Shown here: one piece after another, positions 56,511 through 64,000 of the stretch
How the letters are laid out: each line of letters starts with the position of its first letter
How positions within the stretch are numbered: position 1 is the first letter of the stretch
Origin: Diplonema japonicum
Taxonomy: Eukaryota; Protista; Euglenozoa: Diplonemea
DNA length: 64,000 nucleotides
Assembly (NCBI GenBank): GCA_964019335.1
Contig: OZ025749.1
Location: 124,001-188,000, forward strand
Direction of reading: 5' to 3'
Notes under the pieces: generated by a model
Database searches by the model: none
Seen by the model: the letters and a program-made list of their open reading frames with translations, nothing else
What the model was told of the DNA's origin: nothing
Position numbers and translations under genes: made by a program

Positions 56511-58310
56511 ATGTCGGCCTCCAACCCTTCTGTCAACGAGGACGATCCTAAGGAGATCCTCAACAACAAGTATGACCAAGCTACGGTCGCAAGGCTGGCC
56601 ATGCAGATGGGCAAAGAAACTTGGAGCGGGATGTCGTGGGGAGAGAGGCTGGCGGCTGTGGAGAAGTATGCACCCCCTAGTGAAGGATCCGTCGCTGCCA
56701 CCCCGAAGGCCGCCTCTGTGGCATCACCTGCGATGCCGCAAAGTGTAATCAGTAACCCACCAAGCAACCCTGTCCCTGCCGCTGCTACCCCCGTGCCGGG
56801 CACACCCGCGTCCCGTCCACGCTCCGAATCGAAAGCTTCGCTTGCGGCATCTATCCGCTCTGCAAGGCCTACCACTCCTATCAGGCCTCCTTCTACGGTA
56901 GGGAAGCCCCCCACTGCCCCTTCTACACCTATCCCAGAGGCTGCTACTCCTGCGATTCCGGTTGAGAGTCCTTTGTTGTCCAAGCGTGCTTCCTTTTCTA
57001 ACAGCGTGCATGAGGGTGTCAGCAGGCACAGTTCGGTGCTCTCTGCCAGGCAGGCACCTTCCACACCGCAACGTCCTGCAACGCCCATCACACCGCCGCA
57101 GGCACAGTCGCCAGTTGCTTACTCACCCGTGCCGCAGTCCCCCGGGACACTTCCCTGCACAGCATGCGATGGACACATCAAACGGATCCGATCCCTCGAA
57201 GCCGAGCTGCACGAGGCGAAAGGCGCCGTCACCGTGTGGAAGGCCAGGGCTGCTAAAAAAGCAGCAAAGGCAGCCCCCGGAGGCGAGATGAACTCCACCG
57301 TGCTTGACGCACTGAACAACGAGAACACCGGTCTGAAGAGACGGCTGCAAGAAGCGGAAACTGAGAAAGCAGCTCTGGCAAGACAGGTGGATGAAGCAAG
57401 GGCAGAGGCGCACAGCAAAGCGATGGACCTGGAGGCAGTGAAGGAGGAGCTCAGGAACATGGAGGACCCCGAGATGCTGAGGTCGCAGCTCTGGACGCTG
57501 GAGAAGGCACTGCTGCTGAGAAACGACGAGATCGCGAACCTGAATAATGTGATGCACGAGTTCCTTCAGAGGATCGCCGTGTTGGACGAACAGCTGGCAA
57601 GCGCGCTGCAGCAACTCCTCACACAGACGAAGGACGAAGCGGCTGCCGAAGAGCGTGAGATGTTCAACGGTGCGACGGTGGAGGAGGCCGTCGGGGAGGC
57701 GAAGAAAAAGAGTAAGAGAAAGCGCAGCATCTCATCAAGAAGGGGGTCCAGGGTTGCCGAGGCAGAACTGCTTCAACTGAAACACGAAAACGAGATGCTG
57801 AAGCACAAGATTCAGTTGCAGCAGAAGGTGGAAAACAAACACCAAGCAGGCGACGCTACCCTTCTAAGGGAGAAGGACATGGTCATAGCTGGGCTGCAAG
57901 ACCAGCTTCAAAAGGCGCAGGATGCCATTATAAGCGGTGTGGAGTCGGGTGTGGAGATGAGGAAAGAGTCCGAGCTGAAGCTGAAAGAGACGCGTGGGGT
58001 GCTTAAGATTCTTTTGAAGAAACAGGAAGAAGCTGTTCCCGTTCCTGTTGCTGCTGCTCCTGCTGTCCCTGCTGCCCTTGTGTCTATGCCTTCTACACGT
58101 CACTCGCAGGTGGCTCAAGCGGAGATTGTGCATGAGGATCCCCAGAGCCTTCCTGTGTGGTCTGTCCCCCCTCAGCCCTTGCCCGTTCAGCACTTCTCCC
58201 ATGTCCCTTCACCGTCGCACCCACGCCCCGCTATGACTGTGCCTCCTCATGGAATTCGCAGCCTTAGCCCTGTCAGGCCACCCACTAATGTGACCCCAAG
58301 GATCTATTAG
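56511..58310 (+). CDS. Hypothetical Pro/Ser-rich and coiled-coil protein
   Basis: Clean 599-aa ORF with a heptad-rich middle region. Confidence 0.75.
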   Translation: MSASNPSVNEDDPKEILNNKYDQATVARLAMQMGKETWSGMSWGERLAAVEKYAPPSEGSVAATPKAASVASPAMPQSVISNPPSNPVPAAATPVPGTPASRPRSESKASLAASIRSARPTTPIRPPSTVGKPPTAPSTPIPEAATPAIPVESPLLSKRASFSNSVHEGVSRHSSVLSARQAPSTPQRPATPITPPQAQSPVAYSPVPQSPGTLPCTACDGHIKRIRSLEAELHEAKGAVTVWKARAAKKAAKAAPGGEMNSTVLDALNNENTGLKRRLQEAETEKAALARQVDEARAEAHSKAMDLEAVKEELRNMEDPEMLRSQLWTLEKALLLRNDEIANLNNVMHEFLQRIAVLDEQLASALQQLLTQTKDEAAAEEREMFNGATVEEAVGEAKKKSKRKRSISSRRGSRVAEAELLQLKHENEMLKHKIQLQQKVENKHQAGDATLLREKDMVIAGLQDQLQKAQDAIISGVESGVEMRKESELKLKETRGVLKILLKKQEEAVPVPVAAAPAVPAALVSMPSTRHSQVAQAEIVHEDPQSLPVWSVPPQPLPVQHFSHVPSPSHPRPAMTVPPHGIRSLSPVRPPTNVTPRIY

Positions 58311-58365
58311 ATTTCTTTTTAAACTTTTTTTTGTGTTGAATAAAGACATTGGTCACCTGTTTGTA

Positions 58366-58408
<43 letters not shown>

Positions 58409-58422
58409 TACTTTGTTTGTTT

Positions 58423-58455
<33 letters not shown>

Positions 58456-58761
58456 CCTGCAAGAGAATTTTCTATAAAAAAGAATATAAAAAAAAACAGC
58501 TGAACGAGAGGGGGGGGGGAAAAGGTTTTTTTTCTTCTTTTTCTTTTTCTATTCTTTTTTCTTTTTAACCCTTCCCCCCCCCTTTTTTTTGTAAAGAAAC
58601 CCCATCCTCCTCCTCCATCTTCCCCGCATTGTACCTTTTTTTTTTTTTTTTTTCCTCTTTTCTCCTCTCTTTTTTTTTTTCCCCGTTGTTTTTTTTTTTT
58701 TTTTTTTTTTGTCCTCCTCACACACAAAAAAAAAAGGCAACCCCCTCATACATACACCCAA

Positions 58762-60265
58762 ATGCCTGAGAAACAAAGTAAACCGATGAAATGGGTGTGG
58801 GTGATGGTGGTTGCATGCATTGTGTTATGTGGGTGGCAGGTTGGGGTACTGTCAAGGATGTCGGGGGAGGTGGTCAGACCTGGGAGGGGGTTCGGGAGGC
58901 ACACGAGCACGAAAACAAGGAAAGAGGGCGATGCGCTAGCAGTGATACCGGGAAACGCAAAAAACTTCGACCCACCAGAAACAATATTTGTCTCCATAGC
59001 GGCGTTCCGAGACGTGGAGACAAACTCCACCCTTCACAGTATGTTCGCTCGTGCGAAATTACCTCAAAGAATACATGTTGGCCTAATATGCCAAGTAGAC
59101 CTATCCCGGCCTAACGAAACCTGTTTATTCCCAGGGGCATGGGACAGCGACTGCGGAACTCAAGAATGGTGCCCTTCTGACAACATCCGGGGCCGAACAT
59201 TTTCGGCGGAACACGCGAAGGGCCCCACATTCGCACGGCACCTAGCCTCGCTACTATATCGCGGAGAGGATTATTTCATGATGATAGACTCACACAACCG
59301 TTTCGTGAAGAACTGGGACGAGGTCATCATAGGAGAATACAAAAAAACAGGGGAGACTAAATCCGTTCTGTCGACATACCCAATGGGCATCAACCCGAAG
59401 GACGAGGAGGTCGAAGATTCGGCGATCGCCTATTTGTGCGCGCTGGGGAAGACGCACGGTTGGACCGCGGGGTTCCCAGGACCTTACTGGGCCAACTCTT
59501 TCCGGCCTGCAAAATACCCAAAACCCCAGCCTTACATTGGAGCGGGGCTTGTATTCGGCCCTGGGCAAATGGTATGAAAAAAAAAAAAAAAGAAAAAAAA
59601 AAAAGGTGATCGATGTCCCGTTTGACCCTTACCTTCCGTACCTGTTCTTTGGGGAAGAGTTTCTGATTGGGATCCGGCTTTGGACCAACGGTTACAATCT
59701 GTACTCCCCCGGTGTGAATATTATCTATCACCGTTACAACCGAAAGGGCCCCAGGATGGAGACACACGGATCTAAAGTCTCGATATTCCAAGCAAAATCC
59801 CACAAAAGGATACAGCATATAATTGGGGTCACGAAGCCGGGTGTGGCGGGGCAGCGGCTTGTCCCTTTGGACACAACGGAGGAAGGCCTCACAGCAGGGC
59901 TGCCTAAGTACGGGTTAGGGACGGTGAGGTCCCTGTGGCAATATTGGAAATTCTCCCACCTGGACCCTGTGGTCCAAAACATGCAAACTTTCAAGGACCA
60001 CTGGTGTGTGTCATACGGACCGCATACTGGGCCTTATGACGACAAGTGGAGGAAGTACGCCGCCATCAACGACATCGAACCGAGCAAGTGGTGGTCCAAT
60101 GGTGTAGCTATTCTTGCCGTGCCCCCTCAAAACACCTCCTCCACTCGCGCCTCTTCTTGCCAAGACGATTACCCTGAGTGCGTTTCATGGGCCTCGTCCG
60201 GCGAGTGCGAGAAAAATCCGCACGCAAAAGAATTCTGCCGATTAAGCTGCGGGGGTTGCAAGTAA
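58762..60265 (+). CDS. GT60-family GlcNAc transferase (Skp1 Gnt1/OGNT-like), type II membrane, with C-terminal ShKT domain; one intron
   Basis: TIFVSIAAFRD, AKGPTFARH, YFMMIDSHNRFVKNWDE, VLSTYP, VPFDPYLPYLFFGEE, RLWTNGYNLYSP; CQDDYPECVSWASSGECEKNP...CRLSCGGC. Intron 59572-59605 (34 nt) joins ORFs 58762 and 59537. Confidence 0.9.
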
Positions 60266-60487
60266 AACAGAAAAAAAAAGTTCCTCCTTCCTGTTCGGGA
60301 TATAAAAAAAGCGAGAAGTGTGGCTTTTTCCCTTCTTTTTTTTTTTCTTTTTTTTTTTTCTTTTTTCTTTCTCCTTCTTCCGTGATTGGTATTCTCTTTA
60401 TTGGACCCTTCGAGAGAATAATTTTCTTTTTTAAAAAAAAGGGGGGGGAAGAACAACACAAGGCGTGGGAGGGGGAGGGCAGGTGAA

Positions 60488-63400
60488 ATGACAACCGAGC
60501 GCCCAGCAAAGAGAGCAAGGGTCGAGAAAGATGAGAAGAAGAAGGTCTCTGCCACCAGAGACCACGTGTTGCTGCCGTACAGGGCGGTGGGATCTGTGAC
60601 TGGACCGGTGGCGCCAAGCGTAGTAACGGCTGGGAAGGACTCGTTTGCCCTGTGTGCCGTTGGCAAGTATGCCTTTCCCCCCTCCAAACTCTGTTTGCCA
60701 CACAACCCACTCCCCCTCCTTACAGGACTCTGTATGAATACAATTTGGCAAAGCTTCAGCTTATTCATGTGAGCCAAGCCCTTCCTAAAAAGGTATTTTG
60801 ACACAAAAAAGAAAAAAAGATTTTGCCCACAGATCCGTGCTGTTGCGAAGCAGGGTGTGCTGAACACAGCAGCGGCGAAAGGTGAGATATATTGCTTCAA
60901 GATTAGGAGGCTGATCTGGACCGCGGTGCACTCTCAGCACGCAAAGGTCACACAGTTGATCGCGAGGAACCAGGTGTTGTTGTCGCTGGCTTCGGACGGC
61001 AGCGTGAAGGTGTGGAAGCTGGAAAGCGGGGAGCTGCTGAACGAGTTCTCCCTTCGGCACGACGCGACACCCACCGTCATGACCACAGTGGTGAACTACA
61101 GCACAAAGATCCTGATAGGGACGGTCCAAGGGGGATTGGAGCTGTGGAACTTCAACACAGGGACATTGGTGCACAAGTTCGATTCCTTTGGTGCCCAGGT
61201 CACCGCCCTCGCCCCGTCTCCTGCAGACGACACCGTTGCCGTGGGGCTTGTTAGTGGCAAGGTCCTGCTTGTGAACCTTGCCTATGGTAAGACGCTTTTC
61301 GAGTTCACCCATGCCAAGCACTCCGGACGGTCCGTGGCAGTCACCTCCATCTCCTTCAGAAACGACGGCCCTCAGACCATGTGCTCTGGTACAGAGTACG
61401 GCGAGGTCGCTGTTTGGAACCTTGCCAAAAAACGCCTCGAAGGCCTCCTCACATCATCCCTCCAAGCCGCCTCGCAGGACGAGGTCTTCGAGACCCCGCA
61501 TGAGGGCAGGGTCACCCTGCTCCACTTCCTCTCAGCAGAGCCCGTCCTCTTCTCAGCGGGCGAGGACAACTCCCTCAGGATGTACATCTTCGACAAGCTG
61601 CAGGGTACCGGGAAACTGCTTCGAGAACGCAGGGGGCACACGCAATCCTGCACGGGAGCTTCTTTCTTCGACTCCAAGCTCATGCTGTCCTTCGGGCTGG
61701 ACAGGACCCTCCGTGCCTCCCACGTGTTCACCGATCTCTTCAACAGAGAAATCTCGCAAGGCAGCCTCATAAAAGAGGCAAGGAAAAGGGGTGTTCAGAG
61801 CATTGACTTGAAGTTGCAACCGGTGACATCGCTGGCGGCGTCGACGAGGAGGACGCACGACTGGGCGTCGGTGCTCACTGGGCACAAGGGGAGCGGGCTG
61901 GCAAGGATGTGGAGGATGGACAAATTCTCGATCGCGGAAAAGAAAGGCGTGCTGAGATCGCCGAACGACCGGGACAAGAACAAGGTGGTGACGGCAGTGT
62001 GCATCTCGCAATGCGGGAACTACGGCCTCGTGGGGATGTCGTCCGGGAGGATCCACTGCTTCAACTTACAGTCTACAGAGTTCAGGGGGTCCTTCGTGGA
62101 CGAAACGCTGGAGCACGACAAGGCACACGACGGGAGGATCATAGGGATGTACCTCCTACAAGACAACGGCATGGTTCTGACCATAGGAGCAGACTGTTAC
62201 CAACGCCTATGGAACTTCCCCCCGAGAATCAACGGAGAGGACGGCGACACCGACAGCCAACTTCTCTTCAAGCTCACAATGCCCATCATCCCGAACGCGT
62301 GCGTTTTCAACACAAGCAACAACTTCTTAGCAGTCTCTGGCGCGGACTTCTCTGTACAGGTCTACGACGTGACTCCCAAGCACGCAGAGGTCAGTGCTCA
62401 GGACGTCATCAACACGGTTCTGAGGAAAGTCCGCGTGACATGCAAGGTTCTACCTGCAAGAAAAGTGCGTCACTTTGAGAAACACAGCTCCCCCGTGACA
62501 TCCTTGGCGTACACACCCGACTCACGACTGCTACTGACATCGTCTTTGGACGGGTTGGTCTGTGTGTGGGACATGCCGACGGACCGTCTCATCGATGCAG
62601 TAAGCTTCGAGTCTCCCGTCACCTCTCTGGACGTGCATCCTGATGGGTACTTCGTGTCAACCACACACGCCAACGATGAGAACGTGTACCTGTGGACCAA
62701 CAAGATGAAGTACGGGCACATCCCTGCAAGCTTTACAGATGGCACTGAAATCGAACCGCACGGCGTCTTCAAAATGCCAGAAGTTACCATCGATGGGACA
62801 TGGGACATGGACGAGGACAGACAGGAAGTGGGGATGGGTGAGGCGGTCGAGGAAAACGATGAAATCAACACAAAAGAGGAACTCAGCGAGATAGAAAAAA
62901 TGTTGATCGCCAAGGTAGAGGACGATGTTCAGGGATACCTGTCCATGGCGCCCACACCTAGGGGGAAGTGGAGCACACTCATTGCCTTGGAACAGATTAA
63001 AAAACGTAACGCTCCCATTGCACCGCCGAAGAAAATCGACGCGCCCTTTTTCCTCCCAACTCTTGGCGAGAAGAAGGAAAATGACGGGGAATCAAGGCTG
63101 CTTGCTACACTGAAGGATGGGCCTATGCAAGATGCAACAGAAACACCGTTTTTGAGACTTCTTGAGAAAAAGGACTTCAAAGCTGGATTGAGCCTGTTGG
63201 AGGAAATGGGTGTTAGCAAGGTTGATGCCGAGTTTAAGGGTTTGACCGACACGTACTTCGGGGTGGACAACGAGGAGGAAGAGGGCCCCGATGCCATGTC
63301 TGAAACTATAGCCAAGAGGTATAACATGGTCATCGATTTCTTCGAGTACCACCTCCCGAGGAGGACTCACTACGACTTCGTGCAGTCCCTCCTCTGCGTT

Positions 63401-63556
63401 TTCCTTAAGTACGCAGGTCTTCAGGCCTCTGCCAATGCCGGTATTAGGTCCCGTCTTACGGTGCTGAAGGACCACCAGGCCGCAAATGCGTCTCTTTTGT
63501 CATCCTTGTGCGATAGCTCTCTCGCTGCGATCAGACATTTCGTGACGGGTGTTTGA
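60488..63556 (+). CDS. UTP21: U3 snoRNP-associated WD40 protein UTP21/WDR36; two introns
   Basis: PYRAVG at the N-terminus; LLRERRGH; VTAVCISQCGNYGLVG; KWSTLIALEQIKKRNAPIAPPKKIDAPFFLPT (Utp21 C-terminal domain). Introns 60667-60725 and 60793-60832 restore the frame. Confidence 0.93.
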
Positions 63557-63920
63557 AAGTGAATTTTTGAGAGGGCGTTGGGGAAGGGGGAGCTTTATCA
63601 TGGTTTTTTTTTTTTTTTTTTGCCCCCCCTTTTTTTTTGTTGATTCTTATTTCTATTCTCCCACCACCACCACCCACCTTTTTTTTTATATCATTTTTTT
63701 TTTTTTTTTCCATAAAATAAAAAAAAAAAACTCTGAAGCGACACACATAAAAAAAAAAAAGCGACCTCCCCTAAAAAAAGAATTCTTCCCCATCGTTATA
63801 TTTACTTCTTCTTTTTTTTTATATATCAATCAGTGTGGATTTCCCCCCCCCCTTTTATTTTTCTTCTTTGTTCTTCCATTTTTCTTTTATCGTCAGCCAA
63901 AGGCAATAAAGCAAGAAGAT

Positions 63921-64000
63921 ATGCTGGAGTGCGCTCTCGTGACTGGAGTGGCAGGCATCTGTCTACTATGGTGGCTCGGCGGCGAAGAGGCTTCGGATAT
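63921..64000 (+). CDS. Start of a further gene with an N-terminal hydrophobic anchor, truncated by the window end
   Basis: ATG CTG GAG TGC... gives MLECALVTGVAGICLLWWLGGEEASD, with coding-like composition after the homopolymer spacer. Confidence 0.5.
   Translation, partial: MLECALVTGVAGICLLWWLGGEEASD

Overview
Eukaryotic nuclear DNA, most consistent with a euglenozoan, probably a diplonemid. This is inferred from gene organisation and protein types, not from a database match. About 25 protein-coding genes all lie on the + strand, as in a polycistronic unit, with spacers as short as 86-98 nt built almost entirely of A, T, G and C homopolymer runs. Genes include kinesin-13, a CHY/MIB-HERC2/SPRY/RanBP2-ZnF/LRR protein, a CFAP97-like protein, prefoldin 3, an AAAP amino-acid transporter, two giant type-I surface proteins, LRRC56, a formyltransferase, three tandem ubiquitin-like+LRR paralogs (two ending in CaaX), a BRCT protein, ABITRAM, an INTS9-like protein, NCS-1, a GT60+ShKT glycosyltransferase and UTP21. 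Sixteen GT-AG introns can be inferred from reading frames and sequence context. Fifteen are 34-66 nt, and most have a poly(A) tract rather than a polypyrimidine tract before the AG. Mobile DNA comprises a decayed piggyBac (15154-16863), two 5'-truncated non-LTR retrotransposons flanked by T-runs, smaller retro-relics, and two related non-coding elements (about 43533-44108 and 50731-51403). The last two have a long terminal hairpin, asymmetric inverted repeats and 21-bp iteron-like arrays, a Helitron2/Helentron-like layout. One of them sits inside a mini-intron and could fold itself out of it. All splice models and domain calls were made by eye and need RNA-seq and HMM confirmation.
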